A DNA stretch of 49,677 bases, filler included, from Sphacelaria rigidula (taxonomy: Eukaryota): NCBI GenBank assembly GCA_964200075.2. It is 3 parts of 3 records of this genome, joined end to end, with 100 filler letters (N's around TTAATTAATTAA, not from the genome) between each part and the next. Parts side by side here need not be neighbours in the genome. Positions count along the whole stretch, not along the records: positions 1 to 16,494 come from CAXNAA020001336.1; positions 16,595 to 33,086 come from CAXNAA020001337.1; 1 more part is not named here. One strand, written 5' to 3'. Shown one piece after another: positions 13,640 to 26,000 of this stretch. Under the pieces are notes generated by a model. That model searched no databases, had not been told where the DNA came from, and saw only the letters and a list, made by a program, of their open reading frames with translations. Numbering within the stretch: position 1 is the first letter of the stretch; each line of letters starts with the position of its first letter. The translations under genes were made by a program, and so were the position numbers.

Positions 13640-14210
13640 AAAGTCGGGATCTGTTGCCAGTCCCGAAATTTACGAAGATCTCCGAAAGAACAGTCAATGA
13701 TAATTGGACTTGACAGTGAACATCGGCTGCGACACCGGATGTCAATCAAGATCCGCATGTTAAATGGCGAAACCCCCCTCTGCGGCTCCTAAACGTGACG
13801 CTCCAAACCATCGACTACGGCAAACTGCGCCCGATCAACAACCAACTCCTGTGTTGCGGTGCATCTGACTATCACGGGAAAAAAAAATCTCTCTTGTGAT
13901 CAGAAAGCCCTGAGAGAGAGAGAAGAGCATTGAAAGAACCATCCGGAGAGGTCGGGCGGAGACTCTAGTTCGCTGGAAGAATCGTACGCCTGGACAACGA
14001 ACGCTGGCCGAAGAGAATTATAGGCGAAGTCCAGGAAGGGGGGCGGCACGAAATGGGAGACGGAAAAGAAGTGTTAGGCATGCCTAACTGACGATCTGAG
14101 AAACATCGGGATCAATCCCGACGACTGGAACAGGAGCTCAAAATAAATGGTATCTAATGGCACGACCAGGTGGACGACGGACGGACGAACTCATATGGCG
14201 ACGTCCTACT
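13640..14210 (+). mobile_element. Degenerate RTE-like LINE fragment, post-RT C-terminal region
   Basis: Frameshifted translation gives DYGKLR...LRCI...SIERTIRR...FAGRIVRLDNERWPKRIIGEV...CLTDDLRNIGINPDDW, resembling the RTE-clade C-terminus (RRLxxAGHVxRMxxxRLPK). Confidence 0.7.
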
Positions 14211-14329
14211 GTGCTGCGCTGTGCGGTATGGCACACATTTGTACCACTGCCTGTTGTTCCACCCTACCTTCCTATACTTGTACATTGCACTGACTGACTG
14301 TTCTACATACCCCCTGCCCCCCCGGCTGC

Positions 14330-16240
14330 TCCCCGGCCGGGGCCGAGCCCGATTTAGTCAGCCCCTAGCGGGCGCGCCAGGCCACAACAGAGTAGGAAGG
14401 GTGGTGTAAAGGCGCAGCTCGCCGGCGAACTGATGATTCAGTACGCTAGCGAGGTTGTGCACGGAGGGTGTGACGCATGATGCAGCGGTTCCCGCGGCAA
14501 GGATGCCTGCGGTGGTTGCACGGAACCATCGTCGCGGAAAGCGTGGTACCCGTTCCCCTGAGGAATAGAGAGGTGGGGAAACTCCACGCTAGGAAGCACC
14601 AGCGCCGGGACGGAGGAGATGGATACCGGTGCGAATCGGGATTACTGCACCCCGCCCACTTGAACCGAGGCATGAAAGAGCGAGACTGAGATGAATAGAA
14701 AAAAAGAGAACTGTTGTAAGGAAGACGTATTGCAAAGGGGAGACAGACTAAGGAGGAGGCTGTCTTGAGAGATGTCGTCCTGATGCCGAAGGAACTTCGA
14801 GACTGACGGTGATTTCCTCTTGTGAGATGTAGGCAAGAAGTTGGGCCAGACAGGGAGTGGTCGCTGGAGGCAACCAGTTCCTCGGGGGATATTGATTCGT
14901 CCTAATATTAGGCTCTTCCTGGCATCACCCCGAGTTGTCTAGTTTCGTTGGCATCACAGGGTCCTCGGTAATCTGGTCTATCTGGACCGTTCCTACCTTG
15001 TACCTGCTTGCTCTGGCTCTTCATACATGTGTGGCATCAGTCTCTGATATGTCACTGCAAAGAGGTATCCTCCACATTCCCCCCCCCATTTATGCGCCTC
15101 AAGCCCATCGAGGCTATGGCTGGTGGGACGAGGCGATCATCAGCTTCCCTGATGATATAATCGTGGAAGTTTCTTTGAGTGACATCATTGATTGAGTCAC
15201 GCCACCACTACTCGCAAAGGTAGCCTTTCTCTATACTGTGGTATTGAGTAAACACCCCCAGTAAATTTTAGCTACCTGTGGTCCGCAACAGTGCATGTAT
15301 TGCAAATCCTTTCAATTTTGTTTTTTTTGTCATGTAGCTGTGTCATCAGATGTATTTGCACTTGGGTGCCGGTTGCATCTGCTGGTATGCATGACTGGGC
15401 ACTAGGACACTAATCGATCCACAGGCGCCTGGGTTATTCACGCCCGGGTTTTGGGATGCCTTCGGTTCCTTCGACACCGGCGTGGGACTACGTTCTCGCG
15501 TTAGTAACAAGGCGGTGGATACGACGTCTTCGGCTTGTGAGCAGTGTGCTTTTTTGTCTAAACATCGTCAAAATGACCCTTGGTTCTTGTCAGCAACTAC
15601 CCCCATTGCCAGTGTTATTCCTGTTCGATAATATGGAGGGATTAGGGGGCGAGATGTGTAACTTCCAGTACATACTGTCATATTCCGAAGGTTTCAATTG
15701 TCTAAGACCAAGGGTGGAGATCATCGCGGGAAGAGGGGCGGGCAGTTCCACCACCAAGAGCTCGCCTCACGGGCGGTGTGCGGACGTGAAGAAAGCTGCA
15801 TCGCTTGCAAGTTATGTTACAGCATAGATTGCAAGCGATTTCTACTGGAAAAACGTGCCGGGTCGGTAGTGCACGACGAAGTTCGTGAAGGGTTATGTAC
15901 ATGCGGGCCCCACCCCGTCTGCGCTGGTCTAAACACAAGTGATACAGTACAGCATGTCGTATACTGCGGGCCGCCTGCGTTAGAGGATGCGCACCACCCG
16001 CATCAGTGACGCCTATAGCTGCACAACGTGCTCGATGCACATCAGCAACGTGGAAGGTGATATGGCACACCGCAGAACGTAACATCCTTCGTATATCTCT
16101 GCCCTGCAGTGATTTCCACCTGTCTTCCGCAGTTAACCACAACATATACCCAGCCGCTTCTGCTGCCGTTCATGTTTACGGGTAATACCACCCGTCGCAG
16201 GTCCAGATTTTCGTAACCCGACCGTCTTGTAGCTGTACTC
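14330..16240 (-). pseudogene. Decayed coding-like segment(s), product unknown
   Basis: A minus frame at 16060-15680 has GC3-rich, protein-like codons (LLMCIEHVVQL*ASLMRVVRIL*...PFTNFVVHYRPGTFFQ*...GELLVVELPAPLPAMIST) but 7 stops, and ends at a gtatgt donor; further coding-like pieces lie at 15210-14330. Confidence 0.3.
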
Positions 16241-16494
16241 GACAACAGATTTCAGTACGCAGTACACGTTACTTTAAGCTGAACAGAAGTATCTTGTCCA
16301 TCTTGGTACATTTTCACATATAAAATTGGGCAGTGGGACCGTGGCCTTGTCGTCAAAATATGGTCGAAGTGGAAGTGAGGAAATTGAGAGGAGAAGCTGC
16401 ACCTAGTCACACCTCAGGTGTAATGGTGCTGTATATGCCCTCCTTGGGGCTCGTGGGAGGCTTAGCGCTTGAGCAAGAAGCTGGGAACAAAAGA

Positions 16495-16594
16495 NNNNNN
16501 NNNNNNNNNNNNNNNNNNNNNNNNNNNNNNNNNNNNNNTTAATTAATTAANNNNNNNNNNNNNNNNNNNNNNNNNNNNNNNNNNNNNNNNNNNN
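16495..16594. other. Assembly gap or contig-joining spacer (44 N + TTAATTAATTAA + 44 N)
   Basis: Exactly 100 nt, with a six-frame-stop linker at 16539-16550; identical structure at 33087-33186. Confidence 0.97.
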
Positions 16595-16817
16595 GGCAGC
16601 AGCACCCTTAACCCGCGAGGTGTTCATAGCAGCAGCGAATGGCAAGCAGCAGAAAAATAGCATGTACGCCAATCACTACTACCGTCGCCCGCAGCCGCCA
16701 TCAAACATCAAACAACACACAGCAGGCACACCATAGACGCACACTACCGCAGAAATAGAAGACAACTCGATTCACACGCAAAGGATGTACATCGCCAGGT
16801 GCTGCACCGCAGCTCAC

Positions 16818-17022
16818 CGTTTTTGGAGGTGACCTTCATGTCCTGGAACGTGACGAGGCTGGAGCTCTCGACGATGACCTCAATCGGCTGCTGACCGTCA
16901 AGGCTACCCACGTTTCCTTCTCCCTCGGGGAATGATTCGTCATCTTCGCTGGTGATGGTAGCTTCGAAAGTGAAGTTGTTGGATGCAATGATGTGAATGC
17001 CCGCCACGCCGTTGTCGTACAT
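16818..17022 (-). CDS. Gene 3 exon (MYDNGVAG...VTSKN)
   Basis: tgtag|ATG ... G|gtgagc, 205 nt, phase 0-1. Confidence 0.85.
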
Positions 17023-20000
17023 CTACAGCGAGGTCACGTGAGCGCACGAAAGGGTTTCCCGGTAAGCAAACGGGAAGCAGGTCAGGATGGGGTCCGGGGG
17101 AAGGGGAAGAAACAGCGGTCATGAAAAACACAGTGTCGACTGGATAGGGTGGGAAAAGCAAATCGACCATAAACGCAAATGCGGCTTCGTGTGTACCGTT
17201 CACGAGTTGTACCCGATATCATTCGATAAGCGTATCAACAACGCAGAATCAACATAACCACCGCTCGCCCGTCCCAGTTCCGACTGGGAAACCGACAGCC
17301 AGAGCTTTCGCGGAGTTGAACAGGGTATCTTCGACGCTTGGGGACAAGTGGGAGTTAATGAAAGTACCCGTTTGATTTGCTTTGTGGAGCACTTCATACC
17401 GAAAATCAATCAGTACAGATGAAAAGCAGCCCGAACGCGAGATTGTCGAAAGATTCTTGAGGTACTAGACACGCAAGAAGGGATACACAAGAGATGGTCA
17501 ACGAAACATGGGATGAATTCTGGGTCAGCGACCGAACACAAATCCTCCAGGAATATCAGGAGCAGTCATCGCTTGCAAGATTGTCGGAAGTGATGGCTCG
17601 AGAAGCAGCACACCACACATCAATAACGCGTGTCTGTGCCCACGAGTGAGCACCGGTTTACATCACGACTGGGCTGCATGATGTTTCGTTTTCAAATCGG
17701 CGAAAGAATGTGACGCCTCCGCGGAGTGTGAAATGAGTTAGCACCAAATGTACACACGTAAGTACGCACACCAAACGACGTCGACGGCTAAGTGCACGCG
17801 TGCAGTGTTAACTCACGGTGTGGCGGCGCACCCAGATGTCCTCAGAATTCTCCACGAGAAGCCCGGTTCCACGGCTCACACCAATAGTCCACGGTAAGAA
17901 CTCGCTGGAGCAAGGGAGTAACAGAAACAGAAACCACCAAAACAGCGATAATTACGATAGCGAGCGCGTTAGGTTTCATTGGAACCTTCGGGGGGAGGGG
18001 CGGAGGGGCGGAGGGACGGATGACAAAAACAAGAAGAAAAACGAGTATACGTTCCGGAAGCACGGGTTGATCGGAAGTGTGAAATGATATCGGGACACCT
18101 TCAAGCGCCTGCATATCGACAACTATGGCTAATCATCATTCATCAAGCCAGAGCGATGCCGACTCAACAAATCACAAACGGGCGCACCTGAGCACTCGGA
18201 GGCCCGCGAGTAAAAACGCAGGCGGACACGATGCATTTATGTAGACAATACCAGGACAAACCTCAGCTTTGCACTCACTCTTTATAGCGCCAAGACAGGT
18301 CATCACGCACAGATCAAAATATTCCTGATTCCAGTGCACGTACACTGAACATGATGCTTTTGAAACAGGTCATCGACCACGGATGCTACCTATAGTATGC
18401 ACTCACTCGTCGAATCTCCCGGCGTCGATGTTGACAATAGTGGAGTCCCGCACCACCATCGCATCGCCATCGCAGTAGCGGATCTCGACGTCCCGGCACG
18501 TAATGTTCTGCGTTAAGGAAAACACTCACGTTCAATTACTACCAGAAAACTCCCAAGCATATATGTGCATTTTTTGGAAACAGTAACAAAGCAGATGAGC
18601 GTAAAACAAAGCGCTCCGACACTCCGAGATAAAAACCTCACAGAGAATATTACGGGAGGTGTGAGTAACGCTTAACATAAGTGCAAGGCGAGTGGAATCC
18701 CCCCAATGTTCACAACGGTCAATACTACTATGGTATACAAATCTTAGTCAACCATGGTGGCAGGTGGGCAGTTCGATTTTTCGTCTCGTCTCGATGGTGC
18801 TAACCCGTTTGTCGCCAGCTGTGCTAGTTATTTTCGCCATGTCCGCAATCGACCAAAAACAAATCCTCGACCATAGAGTGAATTATCATAAAATAACACC
18901 AGATGCCTGACGCCGTCGCACCACTAGCCGATGTTGACACATACGAAGAAGCCGGCTTTACATACCTGAGAGTCGGTGACGGAGAGACACGTGGATCCTA
19001 GGCCAGGGACAGCATCGACGGCATTGCTGGTGTCGGGGTCGTAAAGTCCACGAATCCAGAGGTTATCAATCTGAAACGTTTGTCATCGAAAGACAAAGAA
19101 ATGGAAGAGCACCGGAAACGCCACATAGGGAAGCAGAAACGCAAATGCACACCTGGTAGGTCAGATCTTTTGTCGTTCTGCGTCAAAGTTAGTACGGAAC
19201 ATTCCTGGGAAGATTGCCTAATCTTTCTCCCTCACACGCTCTTTACCTTTCTGAGCAGCGGAGTCTTCGGGTGCAAAATAATTTGCGCCCTACATGTGAC
19301 CGAAAACTCTGGAAAAAAACACAAGCACACACCTCAAGCATGAGCGTGAGTATCTTACGCAGTGAAACACTAGTTAGGAACTTTCAGCAGAATACGCTTG
19401 ACCACAAACAGAGAGCGGAGACAAAACGAGGCAAATAGAAGACTTGGCGTAGACAACAGAACATACCACTGCATCGGAGATCCCATCCATCACGATTATC
19501 GCGTCGACGTCGGTGTTCCCCGCGGCCCCTGCGTCCAGTAGGATGTCCGTGGTGTAAGGTGCGTCATCGTCAGTGTACCTACAATATTCAGAACAGAAAG
19601 ATGGCATGATGGAGAGAGGGGACGGGGTTGAGAGAGAGCAAGAGAGAGGCGCACATAAGCTTCGCGGTGCTCAGCTGTCGAGACACGTGAGGGCATAGGC
19701 GTCTTCGACAGGGTGAGCACGCACCATCGCTTTCCCAAGTCATCGGAGAAAGCTGACCAGTCGCTCGTAGAAAGAAGGGGGCACAGTAGGGCAGCGGTGG
19801 GAGGGGGGGGGGAGGGCTCCAGCAGGGCAGCATTGAACGTGGCTGAAAACATAGACAGGATACGGCTTGGCAATGCCGCAGGTGTTCGTTTGACAGCTTT
19901 GACCCCCCGGGGCGCAGGAAACATTTCTGCACTTTTGTGGGATTCCAGCAATATCAAGCATAGCCTTCCACACGTACACTTCAGCACGGTCCACGTCGTC

Positions 20001-23000
20001 GCAATGCCCAAAATATATTCAGGAAACATATGGTAATGTAGCTGGTCGCGAGTTCTCTGCTGCTATTTGACATATTTCAGTATGCAAGCTGCCGTGGCCG
20101 AAGTATTTGTTTTATTGAGCTGTTTGGAGTCCTCATCTCGCGAATGACGACGAGTGGAAATCACGTGCAATACGTCTCGTATAAATCTGCCCCGTCTTCA
20201 AGAACCGTTTGAAATAAGCTCTGAGATTTTCCTTTTACCCGTAGCAAAATAAGTACAGTACAATGAGAGCACTCGGAACTATCGCCGTGGTATTTTTGAG
20301 TGCTACTTGTAATGCACTTGCTCTGCCCGCACCATGCACTCGAGCGACACTAAGCCTAGCGTCGATCGTCAGAGAGCCCTGGATTCCTCCACCTTTACAC
20401 TGACATTGGCTACTCACTCCCTGTATATACATTCGTGTATCTCTCACAAAAACGAAACAATAACCGCACTGTTCTTGTCATCCAACAAAACCAAAACACG
20501 GAAAAGACAAAACACAAGACAAACGCAATCATTTTTCTTGTGGTCCGTCATCATGCCCCTTGTGAGGTGAATCGCACTGACTTTCGGATTATCATGAACT
20601 GTCAAGGGTAACGATGGAAAAGAGAACGAAACGCTTGTTGTGAGTGACGAGTTTCCTCCCTCAGCAATGTAGATCACTTTCATGTCTATATTTTGTATGT
20701 GTCATCATCTTGCCTGCCGTCGAGAACCACGCCCGACTTCATGAAAATGTTATCATCAACCAGGAAGTCTCCTAGCGGCAGACGAACCTGGACGACAACA
20801 GCATACACAGCGCGTGACGATCCGCGACCCCAAATATTAACTCCGGAACAAAGCAAGGACAACACAACAGAAAAATGACAAGAATGCTTGATGAACGCCT
20901 TCCGCAGAGACGCCCATATTCCTGCGACGCTGGGCGGGCGGTCGGGGGGAGGGGATTGTGCAGATATACAAGAACCCCCCACACTCAAAATTGGTTTGCA
21001 TGTGGGAAGAACAGGTGTGTTGTCTCCACACCACGAGAATTCAAGCGAGACTCGCTGCCTGCATTGACGCCTCAAAGTGGTTCCTTCGTTCAACTAAAAG
21101 TGCCTCAAAACATCCTGTCTCCTATTGTGGGACGAAAGTAGAGCATATTTCCGAGAATACTGTCCACGCTGTACTGTTCATCTCACTTCCCTCAACAAAA
21201 CGTGCGACAGACTGGGTACAAGACTCACGCAAGGGCAAAACACTATTCAGAACAAAATGTTGGAAGCAAACAAATACTCCTTCTGTAAAACAAAGCAGCT
21301 CACCTCGCCGGTAGCGTCGGGATCTTCCCCTACGCAATCCACGCCGTCAAACGACGCCTTTTTCACCGCGCAGATAGCAGACATGATGGCCTTCTGGTCG
21401 CTCTTACCCTCCGTCACGAAGTCGGGATACCTGTCGCTGTACCAATTCTCGATGAACGTCGAGCCCACCTGGTCAACATCCAATGAAATACGCATGAGAA
21501 GTCCGAAATAATGTCATATATAGCACAGTACAGTACACCGTGGTGATCGCATGGGCTTCACCGCCAGCACCGACAAATCAGCGTTAGACGGTTGTACTAC
21601 ATCAAGCCATTGCTGGGTCAGCTCGTCTATGCGTGCTTGCCGGCCCCTTCCTTTCCTAGGACACGTGTTGCTTTTGTTGTGCAATAAATACGTCAATCTA
21701 CGTGGACTCAAGTGTCATTCTGTGTAGGTTCACCGGCCAGCGAGGAGGCCTCAGAAGAGCTCGGTGTCGAGCACTCCTTTTGTTGTACTGGAATCAAAAG
21801 ATTCAGCCCCAAAATATATTTGTCGAGCAATCAATATGCTCTCGAATGTGTGCATACACACCGTTTACTGCAGTTGCATCACCGGGTCGGACGCTCTCTC
21901 TCTCTCTTGATTGTTCATCCATTGGCGCTGCCTTTTGGCCGTTTTAGGTCGGTCGGCAAGCAATTGGGTCATATGATTGGTTCAGTCTTGACTATTCAAT
22001 TCCAAAAATGATATACTACCTGTGTTTCTCCACACGGTTATTCACGCTGCGGTTGTTGAAGGCTGTAGCGTGTCACTGCTGTAGTAAACTTGCTGACGCC
22101 GGTCACATAGGCACAACACCATCGGAGGGTCAGGGCGGCAGGGTCATGGCCACTTGCGAGAGTCGACGGACTCGGCCCACCGTACGGCAGCCCCTTCGAC
22201 TGGAGTCAACGCATGAAATATTGTGGGTTTGGCGACGTCATTGCGGCATGCCTTCCCTGCGGAAGGCCCTTGGTGAGGAGTGCACGAGGAACCTAGGCGG
22301 ACAGGAGCATACCGATTCCGCTGGCATGCGGGCAGGGTGGCGGATGAATCGGCATCTCCTCCCTATTCCCCGCGAGCCACCACCCTTGCGGTGGGGGATA
22401 CTAACCCGAGACCGTTATTGCTCTGCCAGTAGGTGGCTGCCTGCTGTCGAAATGGCGGCATCTCCAATGCCGCTCATGTGTTGCTTGCTGATGACCTGAT
22501 GGCCGCAAACGAGGACACAGTCGGGGAGATTCTAGAGAAGTTCGGGGAGCATGAAGCGTCGGAGGTGGCGGCAGCCGCTGCGGCAGCGCCGGCAAAGCAG
22601 GAGGTTACGTGCTACAAACGAAGTTACCGCAAACTGCGATCCCGACACGCTCACGGCGGTTATCATGCGCCGAAATACGTTGCTCATGGCCTGGAACGAC
22701 GGGCTGCGTTTCTCTCAACGTCTCCTCCACACCACGGGAGGCAAAGAAACGCTCGTCTTGGACATTGGATCACTCTGACGGGCACCGTTGAGTAGACCTA
22801 CACCCCCCTGCCGGAATTCTGGACGTGGTCTTAACAAAGTAGCCTCACCGTGCTCGCTCGGAGATGGCTTCCGCCCAAGCCGCGGAAGATCTGTCGCACG
22901 ACGTACTCTGGTGTCGGGGACGGTCACAAAATATAGGCTGGTGCCTAGTGGATTAGCCCACTGGATCGTCAATACGGAGTGACATGGTCCGGTGAGGCAG

Positions 23001-26000
23001 ACACCATGGGCCTGCGCGCTAAAGCACACCGCGAGGTTGGGCGTTGACTCGTCACCTCGAATGAACCAACCCGTCCAACTTCCTCAAGCGGATGTCGGCC
23101 TTCGATCAAGTGGCCGCACGCGTCCCGGGTTAAAACTCGTCTCAACTTCAAACTCTATGTGGGAACGCCGGCGGGCATCACCTTCCACTTGGACATAGAC
23201 CATCGACGGAATATCTCCTCTAACATGGTGCTCCACCAAGGGGATGGTTTGAGACCCGTCCTCTTCTGCATGCCTGCCGGACCGATGCTGGACATCTGTT
23301 GGATTCCATTCGAAGCGAACCGAATGGAGTTGCTGGTCTACCTCGACACCGTATCCATGGCTTCGCACGACCTGGCGGCCCACACCTTGGACGCGATCCC
23401 CTACCCAGCTGAGGAACTTACTCGCATTGGTGAAAACATGAATCATACCAAAACGAAGATAGTACCGCAACGGCAACACACCCCGGTTGAGCAGGAAACT
23501 TCGCCACTCGCGCGTGTGGGCCTTGGCAATTTGCACATCGATCGGAACGGACGTGTTCGTTCGGCGCCACGGAGTGGCAGTCGTCGCGCGCAAGTGGGTC
23601 GACGGCCTCGGCCGCCTGCTGGCTGTGTTCCCGACAAGCAAGCGACTATGCCGGCCGCCACGAAGTCCACTGTGTTGAAGATCTGGTTCTTGGAGCGAGT
23701 GATGGACGCCGAACTCTTAGAGCATCTCTACACGTGAGCCGACCGCGGGGGAACGCGGATTTTTGAAAATACCACGGAACTCTCAGTCGCAAGCCGCAGA
23801 ACAGCATACGATGTTGACGCCAGCTGCCCGTAAGGCTGAGTGAAGCTTTTGCCCCACCAACTGCTACAGGCTGATATGCCTACCGGTTCCGAGGGACTCG
23901 GTCTCGCCTCAAGTGTAAGCCGGTGCATATTTGTTAAAGTGGAACTTGTTTGAGGCACGCTACTCCTGGTCATCTCACCGACTCGGCGGGGTCGCTGGCC
24001 AGAAGATTTGAGCCGACACTCCCACCCCAGCTCGATTATGCACTCTCTATTAATAGGTGTAAGTGAAACCGCACAAGAGGAAAACGCAAGATATCGTCGT
24101 ATGGCGAGGAAGGAAACACTGGCAACCTAAGGAGCACAACCGTACGAAACCGCAAGGACCATCCCGCTGGCCGAATCTGTGCTCATGGGGCGTACGTTCC
24201 TTGGCATTGATCTATATTTGGCCTCAAAATACCCGTCCCGGGGCGCAGCGGACGCAATCACACGCCATGTATGTGGCTGCAATTGGGCAGGGTGTACTCA
24301 TGATCATGCATTCCATAGTCATAGGACCATTGACAATTGAGCGGGGGGGGTGGATAATCTACACCAGCGGCTGGTGCACCAGCTGGTGGCCCTCCTCAAG
24401 CGGATTGATATCAAATCCACCGTGGAGGAAGGGGCGATATTCGCAGCCCCCCGGCACTACCGATGGACATCGTTGCATCGGCGGGAAAACTGCGATATAC
24501 TTCCGACTGCAATCACGGCGAGAAAGGGATCCTAATATACGCTATTCACGTCTCTTCTCAGTCGGGTGGACACCTACAGCGCAGAAGCGCCGCCATCGAC
24601 CGCTCCGGAGTCGAAACCTCCGGGACGCGCAACAGCTCACACTATGCTCGACAACGACGCACATCCCTCGACCACCGTCGCTTCGAGCCTAACATTCTCT
24701 CGGTAAAAAGATTGAGACTCTTGAAGAAGTACGGAAGGAGCTTCTCGATAAGATGGTAACCACCATGGTCGGAGACCAGGAGGGGGGGTGGGGGCGGAGG
24801 CTAATCCTCTTGGGGCACATCAAGTGGATCATCTCGGTGACTACACCTTCACCGAGATCTCTGGACGGGAGCAAGGATACCGCTCGGCGTTACGAGGGAG
24901 GTCGAGGGGAGGCTGTGAGAGACATGTTTGCCATTGTCAGACGGAAAATGAAAGGCTGTAGGTATATATGGCAGCGTTGTATACATCCTGTGGGTCAAGT
25001 TACGACTTGAGGAGGAACCGGAGCCTTCTCACTAAACACCGGGCCCATTCCTTCCCAGGTTCGTCGGTGACGTTTCGTATTAGATTCCAGATGAAAATCT
25101 GTAAAAAAACAAAATGAGTAGAAAAAAACAAAGATGATTCGCCTGGCTTGCGGTGCAGCCGAGGCAAAAAGAGCTTCGCACATGCGGTATAATATGGGCG
25201 GTACCGTGGGTTCTACGGAATAAAAAATTATACATCACTCGAGGGGCGACCAATAATAACGACGTCGATATTTTGTTGAACTAAGGCGGCCACACATTAC
25301 CGAAAGTAGTGCCGTTGAAAATACCTTTTTGAATACTTCGGTAGACGGGATCTTCATTCAGTAGGTCTTGTAATGAAGCAAACCGAACCTGAATTTCACT
25401 GTTTCAGGTGATGCACTCCAAACCATTTACGGTACGACGGTGAACACATAGATTTTTCGTATGTAGAGTATATCTTGCCGATAAATGCCTAGTTTCGTTC
25501 GGTTCAAACATCGAGCTCATCAAAGTTCAAGCTATACAATACCTCGTCCCGACCATCACGAAGTGACAAGAGTACATCAGAGACGCGTTGCAAACTTGAA
25601 ATCTACGTTGTTGTTCTTCCCAGAGCTCCAGTACAGTACAAAGAAATCATTGGATGTTCATATAGTAGTCACGTACCCTGGACTTGAATCGTCAATTTTT
25701 TTAAGATCTCCAGCGCGCAACATCAATGGAAAAGCTTTGAATGTACGTAAACGTACACACTCTTTGGGGGGGTACCCGAAGTACAAGCAGGAAAGCAGCC
25801 ACATAATAAGCTCCCAGATACCAGACAAATGTGGTACCATGAACAAAAGTCGCCTTTCTCGAAAGCGACAATGCGGTCATCTTCCAATTCTGTTCAATCT
25901 GAATCGGTGAAACAATTTGTGCTTGTTTCAATGATGCGAGTAAAACATTTCGACTGTCAACCGCAGTGGGGTTCACTTGTCCTCGGTCACAAAGGGTTCA

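Noticed and set aside
15680-16060. TAA/TAG reassignment to Gln (alternative genetic code)
   Set aside because: The very Gln-rich exon at 10553-11868 and the intact genes use only CAA/CAG; TGA stops also occur, so decay is the simpler explanation
16042-16245. Ulp1/C48 protease-like motif VVLPVNMNGSRSGWVYVVVN
   Set aside because: The catalytic His before Trp is missing, no downstream QxNxxDCG was found, and another frame reads equally well
16539-16550. TTAATTAATTAA palindrome, also at 33131-33142, as a biological site
   Set aside because: It is centred in identical 100-nt N spacers: an artificial six-frame-stop linker
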